Source: Eledone cirrhosa
Taxonomy: Eukaryota
Length of the DNA: 64,000 nucleotides
NCBI GenBank assembly: GCA_964016885.1
Contig: OZ024745.1
Coordinates: 29,760,001-29,824,000 of the forward strand
Reading direction: 5' to 3'
The notes under the pieces were generated by a model. The model had not been told where the DNA came from. It made no database searches and saw only the letters and a list, made by a program, of their open reading frames with translations. Position 1 is the first letter of the stretch. Every line of letters begins with the position of its first letter. Position numbers and translations under genes: made by a program. Below, one piece after another: positions 1 to 15,000 of the stretch.

Positions 1-245
1 AAGAACAGAGTAAGTTGAGATTAACTCTTTTGATACAATATTACTTCCTTGTCAGGAGTATAGGGACTGTGACGTCACAAGACTGTCCCTATAACCCCAC
101 TTTTCTGATATGAAATACTCTACTTATTTCTTTCAAATAATTGTGTGGTGAATAATCTTCAATGCGAACAAATATTAAGTTAGTGTTTAGTATATCATCA
201 TCATCAACATCATCATCATCGTCATCATCATCATCACCACCGCCG

Positions 246-278
<33 letters not shown>

Positions 279-690
279 TTTAATGTTTGTTTTACATGCT
301 AGCAAGGGTCAGAAAAGTCTTCATAGGCAAAATCAATACTGAAACGAGACTATAGATATCTATGGCAGGTTATGAGCCTGCATCTCGCTTACATATGGTC
401 CTGCACTCTACTGAGTGAATTTTATCATAACACCAGCACTATGGAGGTTGTCATGTCTTTGACACAACTGTAGAATCCTCTCAACCCTTTATTTGGCATT
501 GTTTCTACAACTGGATGCCCTTCATAATACCAACTACTTTACAGAGTGTATAGGGTGCATTTTAGCATAGAACCAGCAATAGAGGATTCAAAACGGAATG
601 TAAATATATCAATTTCTGTGTTTTGTTTAAATGGTTAAAATGGCTCTTCTCCAATGTATTTATTGTTATTTCAATTATATTTTACTAAAG

Positions 691-770
691 AGCAATTTAT
701 GAACACTGCTGATGGTATCTGTAGGAAAGAAAATATGCCACTAATGAATTCACACCCTGAAAAGGGCCAG
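691..770 (+). CDS. Lipocalin exon, domain A N-terminal Cys exon
   Basis: aag|AG CAA TTT..GGC CAG|gtaatt; QFMNTADGICRKENMPLMNSHPEKGQ; phase 1 to 0. Confidence 0.7.
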
Positions 771-1008
771 GTAATTGTGTTTATATATCAACATTTTGTT
801 ATCTACAAAATATAAATATATCATAAAACACACAAATTAATTCCATATAATAAACTATATTTAATTGAAATGTTCATAGAATTTTGTGTTTCCATTTAAG
901 CCATGTTGTTGTTGGTCTCTCAGTCAAAATTCTCTTCACACATACTCCTTAGAATGAGCATAAGTACATATGTGTGTGGTACATATATAAGTACATATAT
1001 GTGTGTAT

Positions 1009-1058
<50 letters not shown>

Positions 1059-1492
1059 CCAAAGATTAGTATGGTTCATTGATTACTCAATGAATACAAT
1101 TTTACAATAGATTAGAAGCACTCAACAATAAGGTTTTCCTGGAGTTTTTAATATTATTCAAAATATTAACAAATGAAAAATATTCTCATAATCAAAATAT
1201 ATACTTTATTATATATATTTCAAAGGTACTGTGTTGTTTTTTCAGTACGTCCTCATCAGATAAAATATATGATTTGATATATGACATACCGCTAGGGTCT
1301 TGAATATTCAATTCCAGTATTGGCAGTGCTGGAATTGAATATTCAAGACCGTAGCGGTATGTCATATATCAAATCATATATTTTGTCTGATGAGGACGTA
1401 CTGAAAAAACAACACAGTACCTTTGAAATATATATAATAAAGTATATATTTTGATTATGAGAATATTTTTCATTTGTTAATATTTTGAATAA

Positions 1493-1539
<47 letters not shown>

Positions 1540-4500
1540 AAAATTGACTAGTTCATAATCTGTTCCCTGAAATCTTTCTGTGTGGTAAAAGACACTTTCA
1601 ATGTCAGTGATATTTGTCCTGTTCTCTCCTGTTATTTGTCCTGTTCTCTATTTTTTGCCATTTCTCTGACACTTCTATGTTATTCTCTTCATTAGTAGAG
1701 TCCAATAGTGTTAGGCTTATGCCCTTGTGCGCATGGGCTTCGTCTTCTTCTTCTTCTTCTTCTTCTTGAGAGGGTTGAGGAGACAAAATCCAAAACACTC
1801 CGTATCCCATTGATTTAGCTGTATCCCATAGTGAGACCAGCTAAGCTCATGGATGTTATCCAATTATCTTGCTCGAGATCTACCCCTGGGTCTCCTGCCA
1901 GTTGGTTTTGCCTGTAAAATCTGTTTAGCGATTCTTTCCTGAGACATTCTAACCACCCATGCCCGTAGTCTTGGGCTGTGATCTCTCAATACAGCTTCTT
2001 TATCTGGAGCGACTCTCTTATCTCTGAGCTACACACTCTATCAAGTAATGGAATATCTGGAGGTTAAAATAACGTAAATGTGGATGAGGAAAACAGAAAC
2101 AATCCTTACAATAAGTGGTACTCTGTGAACGATAAAAGAAAACATACTCAGAGAGAATCACATAACTAAACCCCCAAACTTACAAATATATACTAGGCAT
2201 GCATATATATCATGTAGAATACTCTCAATAAAAATGCCCTAAAACTATACTGTACATACCCAAAGTACAAAGAGCTGTGCTTAGTAATGCAGTGATAGCA
2301 TGCAATGAAAGGATTTCTAATTTAGGCACAATTTTGGGGGAAGGGGAAAGTCGATTAACTCGACCCCACTGCATTACTGGTGCTTCATTTTATTGACCCC
2401 ATAAAGATGAAAGGACAAGCTAACTTTGGCAGGATTTGAACTCAGAACGTAAAGGGATGTAATTATATGCTGTAAAGCATGTTGTCTGACGTTCAACTGA
2501 TACTGCCAATCCAACGCTCTATAATAATGATAACAACAACAACAATAATCATTATCATGTTAATGATAATTATCATTTTCTCTTCTAAATCTTTGAACTA
2601 GCTGGATGGTATTTGGTACAACATTGCTTCTAATACACATATGATGAATGGAATTATCATGAACTTCACCACATCACACGATTTCTTACTGATTGATGCC
2701 TGTTTACCAAGGTAAAACCTTCTTTTAATCATTAACCCTATAGCATTTAAACCAGCCATATCTGGCCATAATTCTCTCACCTCTTTCTGCTCAAACTGTC
2801 TGTAACTGGCCGCTCATACTGATGTTAAAGTATTGTTCTCAAAATAAATAACATCTCATAGATTCGATATTATGTGAGATAATTATGTAAGATATAGCTT
2901 TTACCACAAACATACAATAGTATATATAAAGTAATGTGAATGCTAAATGGTTAATGTGTCATCTAAAATAAGGGAATGAACTGACAATTAGGACATTGAA
3001 TTAATTGTTTTGATACCAACCACATGAAACTGCCTCTGGTTTTATGCTACAAAGCTATTTGTTTTAAAATATTTATAATAAAGTGTTATAGTTTGCTTGA
3101 AGCATTGTGGAGTACGAAACTGAAAAGTCTGTTTGTTTAGAAACCCGGGCAATGCAAGTGGGTTAGATTGCCAATGTAATAATCAGAAGGGAATTGAGAC
3201 AATCTAACTCACTTGTATTGCATGGCTTTCTATACAAACAAACGGACTTAAAATATTTATGTTTACACTTATCTAAAAACTTTCCATCATAATTTCATGT
3301 AAGAACTTTCATTAAGTTGCTCAAACACCAGCTTAATAATGAAAAAGTTATATTACTGAATCCTCCAATTTTTTCCTTATTTCCAAATTTATCTAAAATA
3401 TATGGGCAGTGTTTTTCATTTAAAATATGGTAACAAAATAGTTAAAGTGTTTATATTTATCTAAAAACCTTCTATCGTAATTTTATGTAAGAACCTTTGT
3501 GAAGTTATGTTCTAAACACCAGATAAATAATGAAAAATTTAGTTATATTACTAAATCCCCTAAAATGTTTGCTTATTTTCATGGTTATTTGCAACAGGAA
3601 GTGTCTTTCATTAGAAATATGATTATGAAAGAGTTAAATAACTCAACATTTGCTTTTCTTTGGGGGGTTCGATTTGCACAATTGATCTGATTGCAGAGCC
3701 CTTCCCTTCCATTGCGGTCCCTGTGAACATGCTGGCTTGCCTAAAAAATTATTAGAGAGGTTTCCCAGTGCTCCTCGCTTTTGTTCTGGTAGCGATTCGT
3801 TTGTTCACCCATTTCACCTGCCCTTTTCACATTGATGTGTAAAAAATGAAAATGTCTATAACTTCAGTGTTTACAAATTCATCTGCCGTTGATTAACGTA
3901 CAAACTTTAGAGTTGGGATTGTTCAGTTTTGAGATGTATATATTTTTCTAATTATTATCATTTATAAATCATGTTGTCTCCCCACCACCACTCCATATGT
4001 ATTGCACAAAATTATAAAAACCAAACCTACAAATGGCATATGCACTATGGCTTACACAGGCAAAGAGTGCCAAATTTAGTTGCTCCAGCCATGGACTATC
4101 ACTCTTATATGAGCCTCTACAGCCACAACAAACATTGCTTTACCACCATGACCATAACAAAGAATTCTAGGTATAAATCCATGGTCTTATGAGACTAACA
4201 TATGTCAGATATATTCAAATATTTACATATTTTCAAAAATATTTGAAACATAGAAAGTGCCTTGCTTAAGAAATATGGAAACAAAAGGGTTAAATTATGA
4301 ATATGAAATGAGACTCCCTCAAGCTTACAGCCTGAATTTAAAGTACCCAGCAAATACTTACACCAACTCATTTTTTTTTTTTTGGCTCATTCTAAGCAAG
4401 GCAATAAAGTCAATAAAATGAAGGCATGTGGCTTAGTGGTTAGGGAATTGGATTCACAATTGTGAGGTTGTGAGTTTGATTCCTGGACTGGGCGATGTGT

Positions 4501-7155
4501 TATGTCCTTGAGCAAGACACTTTATTTCACATTGCTCCTTCTGCCAGGAGTGGCGACTGGTAGATAGTATCAACAATGGAAAGACCAAGAGAAACATTGT
4601 TTCCTTGGTCCAATTTGATGAGTTGCACCTCATTCGGTATGCGAATGAAGTCTGGGATCTTGTTGATTGTTTAAGGAAGGAGGATGCAAGGAGTTACTGA
4701 GAAGGAAAAAGAACAAGACATAATATGTTGCTGCTGTTGTCAGAACTCCATCAGTTCTGATGATACATCCTACCCATGAAATTAACTTGTAAGTGGCCGA
4801 GCATTCTCAGGAAGATTCAGGTGACGCTGTGTGTGACAAGGTTGTCCATTTCAATTACAGGTACAATTCATTTTTTCCAGCTAAGTAGACTGGAGTAACA
4901 TGAAATAAAGTGTCTTGTTCAAGGACACCATATTCCACCAGGAATCGAACTGATGGCCTTACAATTGTGAGCTAAATATCCTAAATAATAAGCCACACAC
5001 ATACACACACACACACATTTGTATAGCTAAAGAGTTGCAACCACACCACCTTCTCTCACTACCCTATAAAAACAACCCTACCCACTAATCAGTGACAATG
5101 CCACCCTCTCTCACTACCATATAAAACCTTTACAGAGTGTACTGAGTACATTTTATTATAGCACCAGCACTGCCACTTTACAGAGTGTATTGGGTGTATT
5201 TTATCATGGAATCAACACTACCACTTTACAGAGATTACTGGGTATATTTTAACATGGAATCAACACTACCACTTTACAAAGATTACTGGGTGCAATTTAT
5301 TATGACACTAGCACAACCATTTTACAGAGAGTACTGGGTACATTTTATCATGGAACCAACACTACCACTTTACAGAGAGTACTGGCACCAGCACTGCCAT
5401 TTTACTGAGTAGACTGTGTACATTTTATTATGACACCAACATTGCCACTTTACTGAGTGAACTATGTACAATTTATTATGACACCAGCACTACTACTTTA
5501 CAGAGAGTACTGCGTGTATTTTATCATGGCAACAACATTACCATTTACAGAGAGTACTGGGTACATTTTATCATGGCACCAGCACTGCCACTTTACTGAG
5601 TGGACTATGTACAGTTTATTATGGCACCAGCACTGCCACTTTACTGAGTGTAATATATGTGTATATTATCCTATAATTTAATCAATGAGATCACTAAAAG
5701 ATATATTTTATTGTGTTTCAGGAATGGTATCTGTGAGTGGGTCTTCAGAACTAAAGCCTACTTTTCCTGCCCCAAGAAAGGGAAACTTCATGAGCTAATG
5801 TTTCCACTTCCAGGAAACAACAGTAATCTAATATGTATGTCTTTAATCCTTTTTATATGAAACTGCCTGAAAATGTCCCAGGTTCAATGTTACTAAGCTG
5901 TTTATTTTAAGATGTTTTATTTTATCAAAAAGCCTTCCCTTATTAATTTTATGTAAGGGAGCTGGATTGGCAGGATTAGTGTAGCATCAGGCTAAATGTT
6001 TTACCGCATTCAGTTACAGCTCTTTATGTTCTGAGTTCAAATCCCACTGGGGTTAGTTAGCTTTGTCTTTCATCCTTATTGGGGTCAATAAAATAAAGTA
6101 CCAGTACTGGGGTTAATTTAATTAACTTTTCTCTTCCCTTCAAATTTTATGTATCATAAGAACCTTTAAATTATATTTCAAACACCACCTTTAAGTATGA
6201 ACAAGTTAGTTTATATTACTAAATCCCTCCAGATTCTTGGTTATTTTCAACATGATTTGAACATTTTAGAAAAGGTTTTCAAAATGTTTTTCAGAAACAT
6301 ACCATATATTTTTAAATATACAATATGTATATTTATATGTATATCGCTATTTCAGAGCACCAATACAAATGTTTAATTGATGCTGGGCCGGCTACTGCTC
6401 TGTATGCAAATGAGTTTTAACAGCTCATAAACATAAGCAGAATTCTATAAGAATCTAGCTTAGTTTATCTTCAGCAAAGGTAAGGAGATATGTAGTCTTG
6501 ACAACCACTTATGAGTGAGAAACGGTGGCATTGTCAATTACTTCCACCTGCTTTTGCTGAAGCTAGGTATGTGACAATCGTCACAACCTTAAAATTCATA
6601 GCAAAAGGCCTTCAAAATGTTTTTCATAAACATACCATATATGATTAAGTATACAATATGTACATTCATATGGATATCACAATTTCAGAGCACCAGTACA
6701 AATATATATATAAATTTGAGGATAACACCAGAATTAATATGACAGATTGGTTATTCTTTTCTCCCAACAGCTGAAGTTTACCTGGCTTACATTGACTCCG
6801 ATATCCATATCGTCTATGGATATCACAACATAACTGATGGGGTGGGCTCTGAAAAATCGCTGCTTTTGAATATACACTCTAGACAGAAACATATGACAGA
6901 CGAAATCTTGGAGAAAGTAAAGAACTTTCTTCCATTTCTATGCTTGAATATTTCCCAACTGAAAATAAACTCAGAATTTCCATCATTTAGTAAGTAAACT
7001 TGCAACATTTTCTTGAAATTTTTATTCATTCACCTATCTCTCCTTCTCAACATTTCTCCCTCTTTATGTATACATTTCTCTCTGTCTTTTTCACTCCCTC
7101 CTCCTCACCATATCTCTCTACCTATACATCTCTATCTCTCTCTTGTTATCTGTCA

Positions 7156-7187
<32 letters not shown>

Positions 7188-7711
7188 ATTTATCTTTCTT
7201 TCTATTTATCTTTATTTCCATTTATCTTTATTTCTATTTATCTTTATTTCTATTTATCTTTCTTTCTATTTACCTATAATAATGATAATAATGAAAATAT
7301 TGCGTACAGTGCTCAGGTGCACTACAACTCATCAAAAGGGTAATGTACAAACGTCAGTAAAATGAACAGTTCATGAGTCATGATATACACATGTGTGCAT
7401 GTGTATGGAAGGGGGACATCAGGTGTAGTTTTGGCGAATTTCGGGAAGCATGAGGGTTTTAAAGGATGCAGTGTCTCGGCAGCTATCAACTGACGCAGGC
7501 AGTTTGTTCCATGGAGGTTTTAAAGGATGCAGTGTCTCGGCAGCTATCAACTGACGCAAGCAGTTTGTTCCATGCTTCAGCAACTCTAAGTGTGAAAAAA
7601 TGTTTCCGAAAGTCATGGGAACTGTGCTGTTTTCTGACTTTGTTGGCATGTCCACGTGTGTTAGACACATGGAGATCAAAAAGGTGCTCAGGGTTGTTGT
7701 TGGCAAGATGG

Positions 7712-7760
<49 letters not shown>

Positions 7761-9001
7761 ACCATCACTACAACCATCACCACAACCATCACTTTAACAA
7801 CCATAGTATTATGTCTGAAAAATATAATTTTCATAACATAAATAACATTAATAACAACAACAATGTACATGCACACTAACAGACACACCTTGAGATTGTA
7901 TCACCTTGTAAAAAGAATATATCCAGAATTAGGTGAAGGAATCTGTTTTAACTTGTCTCACAAAGGGAGAGAAGCATTTTCAATGCCTTCAAAAAATAAA
8001 TTTAAAGAGGTGTCATCTGGCGTCTGGACTAAAGATTTAGGCAGAGATAATGACAAAGTCTATGGGACCATCTACTTGACTTTTGTGAGGAAGGATGCAG
8101 TGAAGAGACAAGCAGAAACATTATATAAAACCCCTACTCACAAACTTGTACTCCACTACATTGGGGGTACTAGTAGTCAGAGACATAGCCAATGACATCA
8201 ACCCTTGGGTCATAGTTGAACTTTTAATAATTGCCAAAGTTTGCTGTGAGGGGTGGTATGGACATGCAAGTACTTATGACTCTCCAGCATCACAAGGCCA
8301 TTTCAGAACTCTGTCCCTTTATGGGTGCAAAAGGAAAAGCAATAAGACTGACAGTGAAGAGCAAAAAGCCCAGTTATTACATTTGTGACAGCAAAAGCCA
8401 CTCGCAGGGCAGAGGAAAACAAACCTAAGGATTGATTTTTAATTTTAATTTCAACCCTTAATTATTTGTAGATTTCTCTGAGTATAGAGACATTGAGAAT
8501 TACCAAGAGGCTCCCTGTTCTTTGGAAAGTATTTCTTCTATTGAATACCTGAATCAATCAAAGGTTTGTTGTTGCTTATTCCATATGTAACATTACAATT
8601 TTTTCAGACGTATGACTGCATCATATTTCCTTCTTATTTCTGTTTTTTATTTAGATGGCAAGGTGTGGTTTGAGGGTGAATTAGTTCCTATTTCTAGCAA
8701 GCTGAGTAACCACATAGAGGATTATCATCCTACATTGGTTCAGTTACATCATCATTTTAATATTATTATCAAGTGCGATGGAATGGCAGTATCGGTAGAG
8801 AGTCGAAGAACCTGCATTGTGACATAGATATGTCCCTTTATGTTCTGAGTTTAAACCCACTGAGGTTAACTTTGCCTTTCATCCTTATGGGATCAATAAA
8901 ATAAAGTACCAGTAATGCACTGGAGTCAATTTAATAAACTTTCTTCTCCCCCAGAATCGTTGGCCTTGTGCCTAAATCGGAAAATATTATTATCAAGTAC
9001 G

Positions 9002-9051
<50 letters not shown>

Positions 9052-12000
9052 CCTCTCGCTCGCTCACTCCCTACTCGCACCAAATATAAATAAACCTGTT
9101 ACAAGGTATGAATCTCAGAATTTGTCAACTCTTATTAATGGTCAGTCCACTTCTACGAAATGTAATGTATAAATAACATTTTCTTCTTGTCTCCCCACCC
9201 TTCGATTCATTCATCCATATATCTATAATCGCCCAGAATCCAAATCCTACTTCTTAATTGCTATTCTATAATTCTGTCTGACTGTTCTAAATAATCTTCT
9301 CCTCGCTAACTAGGAGGTTAGAATTAACAAGGTTAGAATTAACAACGAATATAGTGAAGAGTTTAGCGTAAAAGTTGGTGTTCATCAGGGCTCTGTTCTT
9401 AGCCCCCTACTATTTATTATTGCCCTTCAGGCTATAACAGTGGAGTTCAAGACCGGCTGCTCATGGGAACTCCTATACGCAGATGATCTAACGCTCATAG
9501 CTGAATCAATGGCCGAACTAGAGAAGAAATTCCAAACATGGAAGCATGGCCTTTAATCAAAAGGCATTAAAATTAACCTGTCTAAGACTAAAGTTCTAGT
9601 TTGTAAGAAGGAAAATAGGGCACTGGTCCCCTCCGGGAAGTGGCCATGCTCAGAGTGTAGGGAAGGAGTAGGTAGAAACTCCATTTTATGTCCCAAATGC
9701 AAAGTATGGGTGCATAAAAGATGTGGGATCACAGATAAGCTAACTAAGAACAGATTTTATATGTGGCCGGTGCTCTGGTGCAATAAGTAGCAGCAAGTGC
9801 CCACAGAATACTAGCTCATTCCATTGCACAGATGGTTCTATAGAAATAGTGGACAGCTTCCGTTATCTGGGTGACAAAATCAGTAGTGGGGGAGGGTGCT
9901 CTGAAAGTACAGTAGCTAGAGTCAGAACTGGATGGAAAAAGTTCAGAGAGCTTATACCACTATTAGCCGCTAAAGGGTTCTCCCTAAAAATGAAAGGCAG
10001 GCTGTATGATGCCTGCATACGAACAGCAATGTTACATGGCAGTGAGAGCTGGGCATTGTGTGCAGAGGATATACGCAGACTGGAGAGGAATGAAGCTTGC
10101 ATGCTCCGCTGGATGTGTAATAGTAATATACATGAACGGCAAAGCATAAACGAACTAAGGGAAAAATTAGAAATAAGAGGGATCAGATGTTGTTTACTTG
10201 AGAGAAGGCTACGTTGGTACGGTCACGTGATGCGCATGAAAGACGACAGCTGTATAAAAAAAGTGCAGGGCAATAAAAATAGACGGTAGCCACGGAGTAG
10301 GCAGACCCAGAAAAACCTGGGACGACTTGATAAATTCCGACCTCACACACTTACACCTCTCCAAGACAATGTCACTGGACCAAGATCTTTGGCGCTACAC
10401 AGTAATAGAGAAGACCCGCCTTACCTAAGTACAAAGTAAAACCTACTACAGTCAGTAGGCACCTCTAACAAAATACACCCCGTCCCACTACCCCCACCCC
10501 ATCCACACCACCCCTTTCAATGTAAATTATGTTGGTACCACAACATCCAGTCCGAAACAAATGAGGTCGTGTAGGTGTCACGACAAAAAAAACACAGTTC
10601 ACGCTGTAATGTGGCCGTGTAGGCAACACGGTAAAAACCTCCCAGACCCACACTGTAAATGTGGTTGGTGTTAGGAAGGGCGTCCAACCGTAGAAAACCC
10701 GCCAGACAGTCCTATGCGAGCAAGACAACCACTCTTGCCTCAAGTGGGAAAACTCCCGTCCAAACCCATGCAAGCGTGGAAGATGGACGTTAAACGATGA
10801 TGATGATGATGATGATGAAGGTGGTGGTTTGGAAGTATCATTAGAGCATTTCTCAGCTCTTTAGGTTCAGAGTTCAAATCTCACCAAGGTCAACTTTGCC
10901 TTTCATTCTTCTCAGGTTGATAAAATATAGTACCAGACATGTACTGAAGTCAATGTAATTGACTTTCCTCTACCCCAAAATTACTCACCTTGTGCCTAAT
11001 CTAGAAATCATTATCATCATCATTTAATATTGGGTTTTATATCATTTAATATTGGGTTTTCTCTGCTAGCAAGAATTATCACAGACAAAATCAACTCATA
11101 ACAGGAACTACTGACCTCTCAGACAAGCCATGTGTTGCAATTCAGTTACATATATTCCTACACAGTCTACAGTGTGTTGAGTGCAGGAATATACTAAATT
11201 AAATGTTTGTTTGTTTTTTAAATACTATTCACTCATAATTTTTTACAGGTATTAGGTTAGTAAAGAAATAAAGAATGTGAAGTAGTGTATGATTTCTCTG
11301 AGGACAATCATTTGCTTTCATCCTTCCAGATTCTAGGTATATGGTATGAACTGGCTCACTCTGATTTTCTTGGCCACATTGGAAAGACAAACCAGAAGCT
11401 TACACACAGAGTACAGTTCACTGAGGACAAATATGGACAACTGGTATTTCAGTATCAACATGAGGAGTAAGTATGACATCACTAGAATATGGTACTGAGT
11501 AGATTTTATCAAAACACCAGAATTACCACTTTACAGAGTGTACTGGCTACATTTTATCATGGCACCAACATTACCACTTTACAAAGTGTACTGGCTACAT
11601 TTTATCATGGCACCAACATTACCACTTTACAGAGTGTACTGGCTACATTTTATCATGGCACCAACATTACCACTTTACAGAGTGTACTGGGTACATTTTA
11701 TCATGGCACCAACATTACCACTTTACAGAGTGTACTGGCTACATTTTATCATGGCACCAACATTACCACTTTACAGAGTGTACTGGCTACATTTTATCAT
11801 GGCACCAACATTACCACTTTACAGAGTGTACTGGGTACATTTTATCATGGCACCAACATTACCACTTTACAGAGTGTACTGGCTACATTTTATCATGGCA
11901 CCAGAATTACCGCTTTACAGAGTGTACTGGCTACATTTTATCATGGCACCAACATTAACACTTTACAGAGTGTACTGGCTACATTTTATCATGGCACCAA

Positions 12001-15000
12001 CATTACCACTTTACAGAGTGTACTGGCTACATTTTATCATGGCACCAACATTACCACTTTACAGAGTGTACTGGGTACATTTTATCATGGCACCAACATT
12101 ACCACTTTACAGAGTGTACTGGGTACATTTTATCATGGCACCAACATTACCACTTTACAGAGCGTACTGGATACATTTTATCAAAACACAAGAATTACTA
12201 CTTTACAGAGTGTACTGGATACATTTTATCATGGCACCAACATTACCACTTTACAGAGTGTGCTGGATACATTTTATCATGGCACCAAAACTACTGCTTT
12301 ACGGTTGCCACATACTGGCATTGTAATACCAGTTATCACATACAGGCTGTGATACCAGTTACCATATAGGGGCTGTGATACGAGTTATTACATAGTTTAC
12401 TGGGTGTATTTTATCGTGGCACCAGCACTACCACTTTCCAGAGTGTACTAGGTGTATTTTATTGTGACACCAGAACTATTACTTTACAGTGTGCACGGTG
12501 TGTGTTTTATCATGGCACCAGTACTACTGCTTTACAGTGTGCACTGTGCGTGTTTTATCATGGCACCAGTACTACTGCTTTACAGTGTGCACTCTGTGTG
12601 TTTTATCATGGCACCAGTACTACTGCTTTACAGTGTGCACTGTGCGTGTTTTATCATGGCACCAGTACTACTGCTTTACAGTGTGCACTGTGTGTTTTAT
12701 CATGGCACCAGTACTACTGCTTTACAGTGTGCACTGTGCGTGTTTTATCATGGCACCAGTACTACTGCTTTACAGTGTGCACTGTGTGTGTTTTATCATG
12801 GCACCAGTACTACTGCTTTACAGTGTGCACTGTGCGTGTTTTATCATGGCACCAGTACTACTGCTTTACAGTGTGCACTGTGTGTTTTATCATGGCACCA
12901 GTACTAATGCTTTACAGTGTGCACTGTGCGTGTTTTATCATGGCACCAGTACTACTGCTTTACAGTGTGCACTGTGCGTGTTTTATCATGGCACCAGTAC
13001 TACTGCTTTACAGTGTGCACTGTGTGTTTTATCATGGCACCAGTACTAATGCTTTACAGTGTGCACTGTGTGTGTTTTATCATGGCACCAGTACTACTGC
13101 TTTACAGTGTGCACTGTGTGTGTTTTATCATGGCACCAGTACTACTGCTTTACAGTGTGCACTGTGTGTGTTTTATCATGACACCAGTACTACTGCTTTA
13201 CAGTGTGCACTGTGTGTGTTTTATCATGGCACCAGTACTACTGCTTTACAGTGTGCACTGTGTGTGTTTTATCATGGCACCAGTACTACTGCTTTACAGT
13301 GTGCACTGTGTGTGTTTTATCATGGCACCAGTACTACTGCTTTACAGTGTGCACTGCGTGTGTTTTATCATGGCACCAGTACTACTGCTTTACAGTGTGC
13401 ACTGTGTGTGTTTTATCATGGCACCAGTACTACTGGTTTACAGTGTGCACTGTGTGTGTTTTATCATGGCACCAGTACTACTGCTTTACAGTGTGCACTG
13501 TGCGTGTTTTATCATGGCACCAGTACTACTGCTTTTCAGTGTACACTGTGCATGTTTTATCATGGCACCAGTACTACTGGTTTAGAGTGTGCACTATGCG
13601 TGTTTTATCATGGCACTAGTACTACTGCTTTACAGTGTGCACTGTGTGTGTTTTATCATGGCACCAGTACTACTGGTTTACAGTGGGCACTGTGCGTGTT
13701 TTATCATGGCACCAGTACTACTGCTTTTCAGTGTGCACTGAGTGTATTTTATCATGGCACCAGTACTACTGGTTTACAGTGTGCACTGTGTGTGTTTTAT
13801 CATGACACCAGTACAACTGCTTTACAGTGTGCACTGTGCGTGTTTTATCATGGCACCAGTACTACTGGTTTAGAATGTGCACTGTGCGTGTTTTATCATG
13901 GCACCAGTACTACTGGTTTAGAGTGTGCACTGTGCGTGTTTTATCATGGCACCAGTACTACTGCTTTACAGTGTGCACTGTGTGTGTTTTATAATGGCAC
14001 CAGTACTACTGCTTTACAGTGTGCACTGTGTGTGTTTTATCATGGCACCAGTACTACTGCTTTTCAGTGTGCACTGTGTGTGTTTTATCATGGCACCAGT
14101 ACTACTGCTTTACAGTGTGCACTGTGTGTGTTTTATCATGGCACCAGTACTACTGCTTTACAGTGTGCACTGCGTGTGTTTTATCATGGCACGAGTACTA
14201 CTGCTTTACAGTGTGCACTGTGCGTGTTTTATCATGGCACCAGTACTACTGGTTTAGAGTGTGCACTGTGCGTGTTTTATCATGGCACCAGTACTACTGC
14301 TTTACAGTGTGCACTGTGTGTGTTTTATCATGGCACCAGTACTACTGCTTTACAGTGTGCACTGTGTGTATTTTATCATGGCACCCGTACTACTGGTTTA
14401 CAGTGTGCACTGTGCGTGTTTTATCATGGCACCAGTACTACTGCTTTTCAGTATGCACTGAGTGTATTTTATCATGGCACCAGTACTACTGGTTTACAGT
14501 GTGCACTGTGTGTGTTTTATCATGACACCAGTACAACTGCTTTACAGTGTGCACTGTGCGTGTTTTATCATGGCACCAGTACTACTGGTTTAGAATGTGC
14601 ACTGTGCGTGTTTTATCATGGCACCAGTACTACTGGTTTAGAGTGTGCACTGTGCGTGTTTTATCATGGTACCAGTACTACTGGTTTACAGTGTGCACTG
14701 TGTGTGTTTCATCATGGCACCAGTACTACTGCTTTACAGTGTGCACTGCGTGTGTTTTATCATGGCACCAGTACTACTGCTTTACAGTGTGCACTGTGCG
14801 TGTTTTATCATGGCACCAGTACTACTGGTTTAGAGTGTGCACTGTGCGTGTTTTATCATGGCACCAGTACTACTGCTTTACAGTGTGCACTGTGTGTGTT
14901 TTATCATGGCACCAGTACTACTGCTTTACAGTGTGCACTGTGTGTGTTTTATCATGGCACCAGTACTACTGCTTTACAGTGTGCACTGTGTGTGTTTTAT

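Noticed and set aside
7000-7365. Hydrophobic ORFs resembling membrane proteins
   Set aside because: Translations of TCTA/TTTC microsatellite. The same applies to 62884-63090 and the (TA)n/(TG)n ORFs.
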